32,000 nucleotides of DNA from Pseudoalteromonas translucida KMM 520 (lineage in GTDB: Bacteria > Pseudomonadota > Gammaproteobacteria > Enterobacterales > Alteromonadaceae): positions 2,310,001 through 2,342,000 of the forward strand of contig NZ_CP011034.1 of assembly GCF_001465295.1 (NCBI RefSeq), in the 5' to 3' direction. A program made the translations under genes and the position numbers. The notes beneath the pieces were generated by a model. The model was not told the origin of the DNA, did no database searches, and saw nothing but the letters and a program-made list of their open reading frames with translations. Shown here piece after piece: positions 6,464-17,604 of this stretch; within the stretch, counting starts at the first letter, position 1, and each line of letters opens with the position of its first letter.

Positions 6464-7609
6464 ATGAAAATCAAGCAAGTTGATCCTAACAAACCCAAAG
6501 TTGCCCTGCTATTAACAGGGGGTGGCGCACGCGCTGCTTATCAAGTAGGCGTACTTAAAGCATTAGCTCACAGCATGCCTAGAACAGCGCCTCTGCCATT
6601 TAGAGTAATAAATGGTACATCTGCTGGGGCTATAAACTCTGCGGCGCTAGCTTGCTATGCCTCCTGCGCGCACTTAGCAGTGAGAAAACTCGAATCAGTA
6701 TGGAAGAACTTTTCTACATCTATGGTGTATAAAAGTGATTTTTTAAGTGTATTTGGTCATATTACTCGCAATATTTTAACCAGTTTTCAGTCAGAACATA
6801 TAAATCACCCGCCTGCGAGTTTATTAAACAATAGGCCACTGCGTAAATTATTAAACGAAATATTAGATTTACATCGCATTGAACGCAATTTACACCACAA
6901 TTACTTAGAAGCGCTTTCGATTACCGCCTCTAGTTATACTACTGGTGATTCGGTGGCGTTTTATCAATCTAATACACGCCTACCATGGCAACGCGCTAAA
7001 CGTGAGGGCCGCGCTACGCGTATTAATGTTGAGCATTTAATGGCATCGAGCGCCATTCCTATGGTGTTTCCTAGTGTAAATATTTATAACCATTACTTTG
7101 GTGATGGCTCTATACATCAGTTATCGCCTCTAAGCCCATCAATACATTTAGGCGCTGAAAAAATATTTATTATTGGTGTTGAGCAACCTAAAGAGTTACA
7201 CCCTGTGGGTTACTCAGCTCATTACCCTGGGCTGTCTTCGGTTGCAGGGCATTTACTCGACAGCGTGTTTACCGACACTATGCAATCTGACTTAGAACGG
7301 CTTGAGCGAATTAACCGCACCTTAGGCTTGCTGCCAGCTCGCGATAAACACCAAGAACTTAAGCGCATAGAAACCTGCGTGATCAATCCATCACAAAATT
7401 TTAATGCCATTGCTGCGCAGTACTACGACGATATGCCATGGGCAATTAAAGTGTTGCTTAGGATCATAGGGGTTAAAAAACATTCGCAATCGAGTTTAAC
7501 CAGCTACTTATTATTTGAAAAACGTTATACCCAACATTTAATACAAATTGGTTATGAGGATGGCATGAAAAAGCTGCCTGAAATACGTAAGTTTTTAGAG
7601 TTAGATTAG
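6464..7609 (+). CDS. Patatin-like phospholipase family protein (381 aa)
   Basis: It has the oxyanion loop LTGGGARAAYQVG, the nucleophile elbow GTSAGA (GxSxG) and the catalytic Asp motif GDGS. Confidence 0.85.
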   Translation: MKIKQVDPNKPKVALLLTGGGARAAYQVGVLKALAHSMPRTAPLPFRVINGTSAGAINSAALACYASCAHLAVRKLESVWKNFSTSMVYKSDFLSVFGHITRNILTSFQSEHINHPPASLLNNRPLRKLLNEILDLHRIERNLHHNYLEALSITASSYTTGDSVAFYQSNTRLPWQRAKREGRATRINVEHLMASSAIPMVFPSVNIYNHYFGDGSIHQLSPLSPSIHLGAEKIFIIGVEQPKELHPVGYSAHYPGLSSVAGHLLDSVFTDTMQSDLERLERINRTLGLLPARDKHQELKRIETCVINPSQNFNAIAAQYYDDMPWAIKVLLRIIGVKKHSQSSLTSYLLFEKRYTQHLIQIGYEDGMKKLPEIRKFLELD

Positions 7610-7614
7610 GGCGC

Positions 7615-7637
7615 TGATGCATGCTCGCCATGCATCA
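7615..7637. terminator. Hairpin between convergent genes
   Basis: TGATGCATG (7615-7623) pairs with CATGCATCA (7629-7637), a 9-bp stem with a 5-nt loop. There is no clear T-tract. Confidence 0.35.
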
Positions 7638-7647
7638 TCTAAGTAAC

Positions 7648-9621
7648 TTACTCAATACCATCAAATAAATAATGCTCTACTCGCTCTACGCGCCTTGGTT
7701 TGCCTTGCAGTATTAAAATATCGTTGGCTAGTAATATAGTGTGATCCGATGGATTGTCTATTTCATTGTTTTGTCGGCGCAGTGCTTTTATAGACACTTT
7801 TCGTTTTGCTAAATTAAGCGTCGCAATACTTTTATTAACCGCAAAAGCTTTATCGGGTAGCGCTATCGCATGCAAGTATTCAAGGCGTTCATGTGCGCCT
7901 TCGTCTACATCAAGGTACTCACCGGTAAAAAAACTCTGCAATAATTGATACCGGTTATGTCTTTCGGTACTAACACGGCGAATAATACGGCTCATTGGTA
8001 CCCCCGACATAGACAAAACATGCGAAACCAACATTAAGCTAGCTTCAAGGGTTTCTGGCACAACTTCGGTAACTCCCAGCTCTTTTAAACGCTCAAGCTG
8101 ACTGTCGTCTTTGGTTCTTATTAGTATTTTTACCTCTGGGGCAACTTGCTTGATTGCATCTATTACTATTTGCGTTTGCTCAAACTCGGTAAAGGTAATA
8201 ATAACTAAACGTGCTCGCTCTACTCCCGCACATTTTAAAATATCTTTTTGTTTAACATGGCCAAATAATATTGGCTCTCCAGCCGCTTTACCTTCTTGAA
8301 CTAAAATTGGATTACTTTCTATTGCTATATAATCAATGGCTTCTGGTTTTAAAAAACGTGCAACCGTTTGCCCCACCCGCGAAAAGCCACAAATAATGAC
8401 ATGATCACTATACAGTGTGCTGCTTTTAGGCTCACTTTCCCACGCTTGGCTTGCACGATCTAGCACGCCAATACGCTTTAAAATAAAAGGTGTTTTATCA
8501 ATTAAAAAAGGCGTAAGTGCCATAGAAAGCACCCCTAAAGCAATTAAAAATGATACTTGCTGATTAGTTAGTAACTGATGCTGAGCGCCTAGTGCTATGA
8601 GTACAAAGCCAAACTCCCCCATTTGCCATAGCATAAATGCGCATGCGAGCGCGTCTTGTTTTCGCTCCCCCATTAGCTGAGCACTGATTGCCATTACCGC
8701 TATTTTTAATACTAATAAGCCAACTAATGCGCCAATAATAAGTAAGCTATTATTAAGCACATACATTACATTGAGCTGCATGCCGACAGTGACAAAAAAC
8801 AACCCCATTAAAATATCTCTAAATGGCCTAATGTCGGCTTCAAGCTGATGTCGGTAATGGCTTTCTCCTAGCATCATGCCTGCTAAAAAAGCGCCCAGCG
8901 CCATAGATAAACCAAATGAGTAGGTGAGTAAGGCAGCAAATAAAGCCACCAGCAAAGTGGTAAGCATAAATAGCTCGTCGGTACGTACCAGCGCAATTTC
9001 ATTGAATACTTTAGGCAAAATCCATTTACCTATAGCCCAAAGTAGTAAACAAACAAACGCCCCTTTCGTGAGCGCAACCGCTAACGCCCAACTAATACTT
9101 TGCGACCCGGTAGCGGCTAATAAAGGTAAAATAATCAGTAAAGGCACAACCGCAATGTCTTGAAATAAAAGCACCCCAATGGCGAGCTGCCCACGGCGTT
9201 TATTTAACTCCCCGTTTTCTTTTAATAGCTTAACAACCACAGCAGTTGAGGACAGCATCATAATAACGCCAATTGTAAAACTGGTGAGCAAACTAAAGTT
9301 TAAGCAATATAAAATCACAATAAGCACTGTGCTGGTTACTACAACCTGCAATGATCCTAAGCCAAATACTATATTGCGCATTGCCATTAGACGCGAAATA
9401 GAAAACTCGAGCCCCAAACTAAATAATAAAAATACTATACCTAGTTCAGCTACTAAATCCATTTCGTGGGTTTGCGTCATCCAACCAACACTGTGACTAC
9501 CCGCTAAAACCCCTGTTGCTAAATAGGCCAATATAGGAGGCAGCCCTACGCGCTTAAAAATCCATACAAATAAGACAGCAGCGACTAATAAAGTAAAAAT
9601 TTGAGTATTAATATTTTGCAA
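7648..9621 (-). CDS. CPA2-family cation/proton antiporter with C-terminal RCK (TrkA-N/TrkA-C) domains, KefB/YbaL-like (657 aa)
   Basis: The first roughly 390 aa contain about 12-13 hydrophobic helices. This is followed by a Rossmann-like VIICGFSRVGQ segment and a TrkA-C-like tail. The TTG start at 9621 is preceded by GAGG with a 6-nt spacer. Confidence 0.8.
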   Translation of the reverse strand: MQNINTQIFTLLVAAVLFVWIFKRVGLPPILAYLATGVLAGSHSVGWMTQTHEMDLVAELGIVFLLFSLGLEFSISRLMAMRNIVFGLGSLQVVVTSTVLIVILYCLNFSLLTSFTIGVIMMLSSTAVVVKLLKENGELNKRRGQLAIGVLLFQDIAVVPLLIILPLLAATGSQSISWALAVALTKGAFVCLLLWAIGKWILPKVFNEIALVRTDELFMLTTLLVALFAALLTYSFGLSMALGAFLAGMMLGESHYRHQLEADIRPFRDILMGLFFVTVGMQLNVMYVLNNSLLIIGALVGLLVLKIAVMAISAQLMGERKQDALACAFMLWQMGEFGFVLIALGAQHQLLTNQQVSFLIALGVLSMALTPFLIDKTPFILKRIGVLDRASQAWESEPKSSTLYSDHVIICGFSRVGQTVARFLKPEAIDYIAIESNPILVQEGKAAGEPILFGHVKQKDILKCAGVERARLVIITFTEFEQTQIVIDAIKQVAPEVKILIRTKDDSQLERLKELGVTEVVPETLEASLMLVSHVLSMSGVPMSRIIRRVSTERHNRYQLLQSFFTGEYLDVDEGAHERLEYLHAIALPDKAFAVNKSIATLNLAKRKVSIKALRRQNNEIDNPSDHTILLANDILILQGKPRRVERVEHYLFDGIE

Positions 9622-9749
9622 ATATTACCTCGTTACTTATAAAAACGGCCATGCTTAACTATAGCAATCACCAATTTATCGGCCAGTTTTTAAATGTGGC
9701 ATAAAATTCGCTTAGTATTATGAGATCATATACTCGGGGGAATAATTGA

Positions 9750-10646
9750 ATGGAAAATGTGCATATATTGACACAACGTATTGCTGGACGCGGAGAGTTT
9801 TTGCCGTTTTCGGCTGAGCATTATCGTAAAAATGAACCGGCAGCAACGCAAGAGCTAGCTGCAAAATTACAAACCAGTTTAATACTCGAAGATATATTAG
9901 CTATTTATGCAAAATTTGCAAAACAACTGCTAAATTTTTCAGGTATACAGTTCAAGTCGGCGCTAGGTACAGTGCAAACGCCTGATTGCGATATTGATAC
10001 ACTTTATTATACTTTTGATTTAATTGTCGAAAATGATAATTTAGGGCAACTAATATACTTTAGTAAATACCCACTGAGTGTTGCCATAGAACAAAAACTA
10101 CAATATTTTCATAGTGCGCTGCTCTATCCTTTACGTAATGCGATAATGTATAACCGGGTATTAAAACTTGCCACAAAAGATGCATTAACGGGACTAAGCA
10201 ATAGAAGTCAATTTAATGACACCTTACTGCAAAAGCTTGAAAACTGCCGCCGTTACCAGCGCCCATTTAGTTTAATGTTGCTTGATTTAGACAGTTTTAA
10301 GCAAGTAAACGATAATTTTGGTCATAAAGTGGGTGACGATGTACTTAAAGAATTTGCCTTAGTACTTAATAGCTCTATTCGAGGCACTGACTCTGTATTT
10401 AGATTTGGTGGCGATGAATTTGCAATACTCATTGAAGATCCTGAGTTTACTACTAATAAAGTAATAGCTGAGCGCATTATGCAACGCGTTAAAAACTCAA
10501 AAATAATGGCGCAGTACTCAGTTACTACCAGTATTGGCTTTACTTTAGCGAGTAGCCAAGACACCGAAAACGATGTTTTTTCGCGAGCCGATAAAGGTTT
10601 ATATAAAGCCAAAGCAGCGGGACGAAATTGCGCCAAAGCATATTAA
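9750..10646 (+). CDS. Diguanylate cyclase (GGDEF domain) with an uncharacterised, possibly GAF-like, N-terminal sensor region
   Basis: The active site reads RFGGDEFAIL. An RxxD I-site (RGTD) lies 5 residues upstream. The conserved LTGLSNR motif marks the entry to the GGDEF domain. Confidence 0.85.
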   Translation: MENVHILTQRIAGRGEFLPFSAEHYRKNEPAATQELAAKLQTSLILEDILAIYAKFAKQLLNFSGIQFKSALGTVQTPDCDIDTLYYTFDLIVENDNLGQLIYFSKYPLSVAIEQKLQYFHSALLYPLRNAIMYNRVLKLATKDALTGLSNRSQFNDTLLQKLENCRRYQRPFSLMLLDLDSFKQVNDNFGHKVGDDVLKEFALVLNSSIRGTDSVFRFGGDEFAILIEDPEFTTNKVIAERIMQRVKNSKIMAQYSVTTSIGFTLASSQDTENDVFSRADKGLYKAKAAGRNCAKAY

Positions 10647-10672
10647 GTACAGCGGTTAATATTGTTGTAAAT

Positions 10673-10704
10673 AAAAAGCCTAGCTTCCCCCGCTAGGCTT
10701 TTTT
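10673..10704. terminator. Bidirectional rho-independent terminator
   Basis: AAAAAGCCTAGC-TTCCCCC-GCTAGGCTTTTT has an A-run and a T-run on either side. It can serve the GGDEF gene (+) and the tilS/small-ORF unit (-). Confidence 0.7.
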
Positions 10705-10735
10705 ATTGCTGCCTAAGTAGTTTTAATAAGTCTAC

Positions 10736-11086
10736 CTACTTAGGCAGCAACTTTGCCGATAAAAATTTATACATAACCAACGCAATGCAAAAACCAAAAA
10801 AGAAACCACTGAGTAAATTAAGCAATGCAGCAATGCTAGCAAGTGGCGTAAATAACACTAACAATAGCGGTACACTCACTCCTAAAATAAAAAACAGCCC
10901 ACCTTTACCTAACCAATAAGCCAGTAAAATACTAGCGCACACTATTCCACCCGCTATAGCGCAGCCCAATGTAACTATATCAAGCGTTAAAAAATAATTT
11001 GCAAGCACAGCAATAACCGCTGTAATTAGCATACCTTGTGGTGCTTTATTTACTAACGATAAGCCTACATGCGGCTCCTTACTCAT
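10736..11086 (-). CDS. Small hydrophobic membrane protein (116 aa, about 3-4 TM), function unknown
   Basis: The ORF is strongly hydrophobic. Its ATG overlaps the tilS stop as TAATG, which suggests translational coupling. Confidence 0.55.
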   Translation of the reverse strand: MSKEPHVGLSLVNKAPQGMLITAVIAVLANYFLTLDIVTLGCAIAGGIVCASILLAYWLGKGGLFFILGVSVPLLLVLFTPLASIAALLNLLSGFFFGFCIALVMYKFLSAKLLPK

Positions 11087-12393
11087 TATTTACACTCCCA
11101 AAAAATACCGTTTTCATCACTATGGTTAGCACTTATAAAATAACCTACCACTTGTACTAGTTCATCATTATAAAAAATTAACGGCACATTAGCACGCAGC
11201 CAAGGAGCAACTTTTGCGTCTTTAAACCAATGTTTGAGCGTATTACTTCCTGGTTTTTTTAAAGGTTTAATGCGCGCACTATTACAATTAAAACGCACGC
11301 TTACTTGCTCACCTGCAGTTGGTGCTCTAATTCCTGCGCCACTGTGTTTTTTTAGTAAGCGACCATCAGCAAGCTTTAGCTCACTGCGGGTAATTAGTGT
11401 GTTGTTTAATTTTTGCGTGCTTGGTACAACAAAATATAAATGCCCTTGATGGCGGCGTATTTGTCCATCACTAAGCTCAATAAGCATTTGTGCATCGGTT
11501 TTAGCTGCAATTGCCTGATTAATTATTTGCTCCAGCTGCTTTTGCGATGGTAATACATGAGTAAACAACTCTAGCCACGCACGTACTACATTGGCTGTTC
11601 TAATAGGAGTAAATTTGGCAATAGCACTTATATTTAACGCCTGCTGAGGATTAACGCATTGCGTTAAATCAATGTGAGTATATTCGTTGAGTAAAGCGTG
11701 TTGCTGCTGCAGTAAACTAATACTGCGAGCGGTACATTGCTCAAAACCATTAAAGCGCGCTGCTAATATTGGCACAACTTGCTGGCGTATAAAGTTACGC
11801 TCAAAACGCTCATCGGTATTAGAATCATCGGTCACATGGTTAAGCGCATATTGCGCTGCAAAGGCTTCTATATCACTGCGTTTTACCGATAATAGCGGCC
11901 TGAAACATAATCGGCCACTGCTTAAAGTGCGCTCGCGCTGCATTGCACCTAAACCTTTTAAACCCGAGCCACGTTTTAAGCGCAGTAAAAAGGTTTCTAT
12001 TTGGTCGTTTAAATGCTGCCCAAGTAAAATAATGCTGCCATGTGGGCTTAGCTCATCTAATGCTTGGTAACGAGCATCGCGCGCTTGCGCTTCAAGGCTC
12101 GTGCGTGACTGCTGCTCTATATTTACTTTAGCCATTTGAAATGGCACATTTAGCTCATTGCACAGGGTTTGACAAAAGCCCTGCCAGTCGTCGGCATACT
12201 GGCTCAAACCATGGTGTATATAAATAGCAGAAACTTGCAACGCAGGATCCTGCACTCGTAAAGCATGCATTAAATGCAGTAATACCACAGAATCAACGCC
12301 ACCAGATAGTGCCACAGTAAACACCCTGTGACCTTGCTCAATATATTGACCCAATGATTGTTTTACTTGTTGATAAATAAGCGATGTGTGCAT
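11086..12393 (-). CDS. tilS: tRNA(Ile)-lysidine synthetase
   Basis: It has the PP-loop SGGVDS. It sits after accA, in roughly the position it holds in E. coli. The start is moved to ATG 12393 (MHTSLIYQ...) because the longer track ORF runs through the accA terminator. Confidence 0.85.
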   Translation of the reverse strand: MHTSLIYQQVKQSLGQYIEQGHRVFTVALSGGVDSVVLLHLMHALRVQDPALQVSAIYIHHGLSQYADDWQGFCQTLCNELNVPFQMAKVNIEQQSRTSLEAQARDARYQALDELSPHGSIILLGQHLNDQIETFLLRLKRGSGLKGLGAMQRERTLSSGRLCFRPLLSVKRSDIEAFAAQYALNHVTDDSNTDERFERNFIRQQVVPILAARFNGFEQCTARSISLLQQQHALLNEYTHIDLTQCVNPQQALNISAIAKFTPIRTANVVRAWLELFTHVLPSQKQLEQIINQAIAAKTDAQMLIELSDGQIRRHQGHLYFVVPSTQKLNNTLITRSELKLADGRLLKKHSGAGIRAPTAGEQVSVRFNCNSARIKPLKKPGSNTLKHWFKDAKVAPWLRANVPLIFYNDELVQVVGYFISANHSDENGIFWECK

Positions 12394-12475
12394 TAATTTA
12401 ACCTGAGATCCTGATAATTTAGCCAATAATTTTAAAATACTAAGTTTTAGGTACTTGATTTTAGCCATTTTAAAA

Positions 12476-12501
12476 CAAAAAAACCGCATAAGCGGCTTTT
12501 T
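12476..12501 (-). terminator. Rho-independent terminator after accA
   Basis: The minus strand reads AAAAGCCGC-TTAT-GCGGTTTTTTTGTTTT. Confidence 0.6.
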
Positions 12502-12531
12502 AAAATATTTATTGCTAATTATTAAAATAAT

Positions 12532-13491
12532 TTAAGAGCAATAACCAAACGACATTAAGCGTTTGTAGCGCTGATCAAGCATCTCTTCAAGCGAAAGTGC
12601 TTGTAGGTCGGCTAAGTCACGCTTTAATCGCACTTTTAAATTACGTGCCATAGCATCATAATTACGGTGCGCGCCACCTAATGGCTCGTCTACTAAGTTG
12701 TTAATTAGGTCTAACTCTTTAACTCGCTTAGCAGTTACGCCCATAGCTTCAGCAGCAAGTGGGGCTTTATCGGCGCTTTTCCATAAAATAGACGCACACC
12801 CTTCAGGAGAAATTACTGAGTAAGTACTGTATTGCAACATGTTAACACGATCGCCAACACCAATTGCTAACGCACCACCCGATCCACCTTCACCAATAAC
12901 CGTACAAATAGTTGGCACTTTTAAAGAAGCCATTACTTTAAGGTTACGGGCGATAGCTTCTGACTGGCCACGCTCTTCAGCACCCACACCAGGATAAGCT
13001 CCAGGGGTGTCGATAAAGGTCATAATTGGCATTTTAAAACGCTCAGCCATTTCCATTAAGCGTAATGCTTTACGGTATCCTTCAGGCTTTGGCATACCAA
13101 AGTTACGTTTAATTTTTTCAGCGGTACCACGGCCTTTTTGTTGGCCAATAACCATTACTGGTTCGCCATCTAAACGCGCTATACCACCTAAAATTGCCGG
13201 ATCATTAGCAAAAGTACGATCACCTGCAAACTCGTCAAACTCCGTAAAAATACGCTCGATATAATCTCGAGTATAAGGACGCAACGGATGACGTGCCAGC
13301 TGTGATACTTGCCAAGCGCCAAGTTCAGAGAATATTTTCTCTTTTAATCGGTCGCTTTTCTCTTTTAGCTTGCTGACTTCCTCTTCTAATTCAAGGTCTA
13401 ATTCGCCAGCGCGGCTTACATTTTGTAATTCTTCAATTTTCACTTCTAATTCTGCAATCGGAAGCTCAAAATCAAGATAATTGAGGCTCAT
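12532..13491 (-). CDS. accA: Acetyl-CoA carboxylase carboxyltransferase alpha subunit
   Basis: It is 319 aa with the N-terminus [16 protein letters not shown] and conserved [10 protein letters not shown]. It shows close end-to-end resemblance to E. coli AccA. Confidence 0.95.
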   Translation of the reverse strand: MSLNYLDFELPIAELEVKIEELQNVSRAGELDLELEEEVSKLKEKSDRLKEKIFSELGAWQVSQLARHPLRPYTRDYIERIFTEFDEFAGDRTFANDPAILGGIARLDGEPVMVIGQQKGRGTAEKIKRNFGMPKPEGYRKALRLMEMAERFKMPIMTFIDTPGAYPGVGAEERGQSEAIARNLKVMASLKVPTICTVIGEGGSGGALAIGVGDRVNMLQYSTYSVISPEGCASILWKSADKAPLAAEAMGVTAKRVKELDLINNLVDEPLGGAHRNYDAMARNLKVRLKRDLADLQALSLEEMLDQRYKRLMSFGYCS

Positions 13492-13507
13492 GCTCTAAAC
13501 TACCTAA

Positions 13508-16500
13508 TTAGTTAAATTCTAGTTCTACATCTTGCGCTGCCATTAGCGATAACTTATGAATTAAGTCGTCACTTGGCGTAACACACCATTCGATCCCTAG
13601 GGTTAATTGCGCCAATGCATCTGGGCGTTGGTAATAAACCTTGATCGGACACGTTCCCATTTTATATGGTTCGAGTACTTTTTGTAATTTATCGAAGAAA
13701 CCTGCCTCGACTTGCACCATGTTCAGCGTCATTTTAATCGCTTTAATACGTTTTTCACGCGCTTGAGCAATGGTGTTTATTTCTCTGGCGGTCATTGTAA
13801 TACCACCAGAGAAGTTATCAAAGCTGACCTGTCCAGATATCACCAAAATATTATTAACTTGGAGCATATCTTGGTATTTTTCAAACTCATCTGAATATAA
13901 GCGTACATCAATGCGGGCGCTCTTGTCATCTAAAGTTATTAATGCCCACCTATTTCCTTTTTTATTAATTAGCACTCTGGCCGAAATTACAAGCCCTGCA
14001 GCTGTAGATATTACATCGCGATTAGTAGGCTGTAAATCGACCAATTTACCACTGGTATAATATTTTAGCTCGCGGCGATATTGATTTATTGGATGACCAG
14101 TTAAATAAAGACCAAGGGTTTCTTTTTCGCCATCGAGCCATTCGTTATCGGTGAGTCCTGTGGCTTTAATAAAGGCTTGCTCTACTTCATCAGGCTCAGT
14201 GGCTAATAAGCCAAATAAATCACTTTGCCCTAATAACTCTGCTTTATTGTGCTGATCGGCGGCGCGCATGGCACTTTTTAAGCTTGCCAATAACGTGGCG
14301 CGCCCTGATTGAGTTTTTTCAGGGCCTAGCTGGTCAAGTGCTCCCGAATAAATAAGTTTTTCGGTTACACGTTTATTTAAGCGTTTTAAATCAACTCGGG
14401 CACAAAAATCAAATAAATCTTTAAATGGTCCGCCCTTAGCGCGCGCTTCTAAAATTGCCTCTACAGGTGCTTCACCTACTCCTTTAATAGCACCAATACC
14501 GTAAACAATTTCGCCTTGCAGGTTTACAGTAAATTTGAACTCGCCAGCATTCACATCAGGCGGGAGCAAGGTGAGTTTCATGTTTTCACATTCATCCACC
14601 AAAATAACTATTTTGTCGGTATTATCCATATCGGCCGACATTACCGCAGCCATAAACTCTGCTGGATGATGGGTTTTCATCCACAGTGTTTGATACGACA
14701 CTAATGCATACGCAGCGGAGTGCGATTTATTAAAACCATAACCTGCGAACTTTTCTACCAGATCGAAGATTTTAATTGCTAGTTCGCCGTCAATGCCGTT
14801 ATTTCGCGCACCATCTTCAAATGTTGAACGCTGTTTTGCCATTTCTTCGGGCTTTTTCTTACCCATAGCTCGGCGCAGCATATCGGCGCCGCCTAGTGTA
14901 TAGCCTGCTAATACTTGGGCTATTTGCATTACTTGTTCTTGATACAAAATAATGCCGTAGGTTGGCTCTAAAATAGGTTTTAAGCTTTCGTGCTGATACT
15001 GCGCATCAGGGTATGAGATTTCTTCGCGGCCTAATTTTCGGTCGATAAAGTTATCTACCATGCCCGATTGCAGCGGACCAGGTCGAAACAAGGCTACCAA
15101 AGCAATCATATCTTCAAAACTGTCGGGCTTTAAGCGCCTTACTAAGTCTTTCATGCCCCGTGATTCTAGCTGAAATACCGCGGTCGTTTCGGCGCGCAGT
15201 AGTAACTCAATACTCTTTTTATCATCCAGCGGAATAGTATTAATATCTACTGGCTCTTTACCGGTACGCGCTAAGCGCTCGTTGGTCATGTCGAGCGCCC
15301 ACTGCAATATAGTCAGCGTTCGTAAGCCTAAAAAGTCAAACTTAACTAAACCGGCAGTTTCAACATCGTTTTTATCAAACTGGGTAACCGGAAATTTACC
15401 TTCGTCATCGCAATAAAGAGCAGCAAAGTCGGTAATTGTGGTGGGCGATATTACTACCCCACCCGCATGCTTACCGGCGTTACGTGTACACCCTTCGAGA
15501 ATGCGACACATGTCGATTAAATCTTTTACTTCATTGTCGCCATCGTAGGCTTCTTGCAAGCGTGGCTCTATATCAAACGCCTTGGCAAGTGTCATCCCGG
15601 GATCGCCTGGGATCATTTTTGAAATACGATCAACAAAACCGTACGGGTGACCTAATACCCGGCCAACATCGCGTATTACCGCTTTTGCCGCCATGGTTCC
15701 AAAGGTAATAATTTGCGATACCGCGTTACGCCCATACAAGGCCGATACATGATCAATCACCTCATCGCGCCTATCCATACAAAAATCGACGTCGAAATCG
15801 GGCATTGAAATACGTTCTGGGTTCAAAAACCGCTCAAACAGTAAGTCAAATTCCAGTGGATCAAGGTCGGTAATTTTAAGCGCGTAGGCTACCAGTGATC
15901 CCGCACCTGACCCTCGGCCAGGGCCAACTGGAATATTGTTATCTTTGCTCCACTGAATAAATTCCATTACGATTAAGAAATAACCTGGAAATCCCATTTC
16001 GTTAATTACACCAAGCTCTATATCTAGGCGCTCATCGTATTCAACGCGTTTTTCTTTACGCTCTTGCTCATCAGGAAATAAAAACTGCAATCGCTCTTCA
16101 AGACCGTCTTGTGACACTTTAACTAAAAAATCTTCAATTTTAAGTGAGCCGGTCGGATAATCTGGTAAAAAGTAAGTGCCAAGTTGCACCGTTACATTAC
16201 AGCGTTTGGCTATTTCTACGGTGTTTTGTAATGCCTCTGGAATGTCGCTAAATAACTCAGCCATTTGCTCTGGCGTTTTTAAGTATTGTTCTTCTGAAAA
16301 CCGTTTAGGGCGGCGTTTATCATCCAGTGTATAACCATCAAAAATAGCCACGCGAATTTCGTGTGCTTCAAAGTTTTCTGGCTTTAAAAATACCACTTCG
16401 TTAGTGGCCACAACGGGTAATTGCTCTTTAGCAGCAAGCTCAACCGCCATGTGCAAGTAATCTTCTTCAAGCGGTCGATTAGTTCGCACCAGCTCAAGGT

Positions 16501-16999
16501 AGTAGTTATCACTAAAATGCTGTTTATAAAAACTAACAACCGATTCAATAACACTCGGATTATTTTTTAATAACGCTTTACCTAAATCGCCGTCTTTTGC
16601 ACCAGAGAGTATTATTAATCCGGCTTTAAGTTCTATTAGCCAATCACGATCAATCACCGGGCGATGAAATACATGCCCGCGCTGATATGCTTTAGATATT
16701 AATAAAGTGAGGTTTTTATAACCTTGATTGTCTTTTGCTAAAATAGTAATGCGACTTGGTTCGTTTTCGAACTCAGGGCTGCGTAGCCAAAAGTCAGCAC
16801 CCACTATAGGTTTTATACCTGTGCTGTGGGCTGTTTCATAAAAACGCACTAAGCCACATAAGTTCATTTGGTCGGTAATAGCAATTGCCGGCATTTGTAG
16901 CTCTTGTGCTTTGGCTACAATTGGCTTGGTTTTGGCAAGGCCATCAACCATCGAAAAATCAGAGTGAACTCTTAAGTGAACAAAATCTGGAGCAGCCAT
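13508..16999 (-). CDS. dnaE: DNA polymerase III alpha subunit
   Basis: It is 1163 aa with a PHP-domain N-terminus ([15 protein letters not shown]) and polymerase core motifs. Its position rnhB-dnaE-accA is canonical. Confidence 0.95.
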   Translation of the reverse strand: MAAPDFVHLRVHSDFSMVDGLAKTKPIVAKAQELQMPAIAITDQMNLCGLVRFYETAHSTGIKPIVGADFWLRSPEFENEPSRITILAKDNQGYKNLTLLISKAYQRGHVFHRPVIDRDWLIELKAGLIILSGAKDGDLGKALLKNNPSVIESVVSFYKQHFSDNYYLELVRTNRPLEEDYLHMAVELAAKEQLPVVATNEVVFLKPENFEAHEIRVAIFDGYTLDDKRRPKRFSEEQYLKTPEQMAELFSDIPEALQNTVEIAKRCNVTVQLGTYFLPDYPTGSLKIEDFLVKVSQDGLEERLQFLFPDEQERKEKRVEYDERLDIELGVINEMGFPGYFLIVMEFIQWSKDNNIPVGPGRGSGAGSLVAYALKITDLDPLEFDLLFERFLNPERISMPDFDVDFCMDRRDEVIDHVSALYGRNAVSQIITFGTMAAKAVIRDVGRVLGHPYGFVDRISKMIPGDPGMTLAKAFDIEPRLQEAYDGDNEVKDLIDMCRILEGCTRNAGKHAGGVVISPTTITDFAALYCDDEGKFPVTQFDKNDVETAGLVKFDFLGLRTLTILQWALDMTNERLARTGKEPVDINTIPLDDKKSIELLLRAETTAVFQLESRGMKDLVRRLKPDSFEDMIALVALFRPGPLQSGMVDNFIDRKLGREEISYPDAQYQHESLKPILEPTYGIILYQEQVMQIAQVLAGYTLGGADMLRRAMGKKKPEEMAKQRSTFEDGARNNGIDGELAIKIFDLVEKFAGYGFNKSHSAAYALVSYQTLWMKTHHPAEFMAAVMSADMDNTDKIVILVDECENMKLTLLPPDVNAGEFKFTVNLQGEIVYGIGAIKGVGEAPVEAILEARAKGGPFKDLFDFCARVDLKRLNKRVTEKLIYSGALDQLGPEKTQSGRATLLASLKSAMRAADQHNKAELLGQSDLFGLLATEPDEVEQAFIKATGLTDNEWLDGEKETLGLYLTGHPINQYRRELKYYTSGKLVDLQPTNRDVISTAAGLVISARVLINKKGNRWALITLDDKSARIDVRLYSDEFEKYQDMLQVNNILVISGQVSFDNFSGGITMTAREINTIAQAREKRIKAIKMTLNMVQVEAGFFDKLQKVLEPYKMGTCPIKVYYQRPDALAQLTLGIEWCVTPSDDLIHKLSLMAAQDVELEFN

Positions 17000-17001
17000 A
17001 T

Positions 17002-17604
17002 TTACGCCTCACCCTTGGCTTGCGCTAATACACGTTGCACTGGTTTAAAGCTTTTACGATGTTCTTTTATTGCGCCATATTGCTCAAGCGCTGCAAAATG
17101 CGCTTTGGTTGGATAGCCTTTATGCCCAGCGAAACCATATTCTGGATGGCGTTTATCTAGCTCTACCATTTCGTTATCGCGCGCTACTTTAGCTAAAATT
17201 GAAGCGGCTGAAATTTCGGCTACTAAGCTGTCGCCTTTTACTATTGCTTGCGCCGCCATGGTTAACTTAGGTAGGCGGTTGCCATCTATAAATACAAATT
17301 CAGGTTGCGTGCTAAGCCCCTCTACTGCGCGAGTCATGGCAAGCATAGTGGCGTGCAGAATATTTAGCTCATCAATCTCTGTTGGGCTGCAGCGACCATA
17401 CGCGTAACACAATGCTTTTTCTTGAATTTCAATGGCAAGTGCTTGGCGTTTTTTATCCGTTAATTTTTTTGAATCTGTTAATCCTAAAATAGGCTTAGTG
17501 GGATCTAAAATTACGGCAGCAGTTACTACGTCGCCAACAAGGGGGCCACGCCCTACTTCGTCAACGCCGGCAATAAGGGCTACGTTTGGTCGTTCAATTT
17601 GCAT
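17002..17604 (-). CDS. rnhB: Ribonuclease HII
   Basis: It has the [10 protein letters not shown] motif, is 200 aa long and sits between lpxB and dnaE. Confidence 0.9.
   Translation of the reverse strand: MQIERPNVALIAGVDEVGRGPLVGDVVTAAVILDPTKPILGLTDSKKLTDKKRQALAIEIQEKALCYAYGRCSPTEIDELNILHATMLAMTRAVEGLSTQPEFVFIDGNRLPKLTMAAQAIVKGDSLVAEISAASILAKVARDNEMVELDKRHPEYGFAGHKGYPTKAHFAALEQYGAIKEHRKSFKPVQRVLAQAKGEA

Noticed and set aside
12394-12489. N-terminal extensions of track ORFs: tilS from 12489, bamA from 31345, cydC from 23695 and the DUF3014-like gene from 6324
   Set aside because: The internal ATGs have better ribosome-binding sites and fit homologue N-termini or signal peptides. The tilS extension also crosses the accA terminator.
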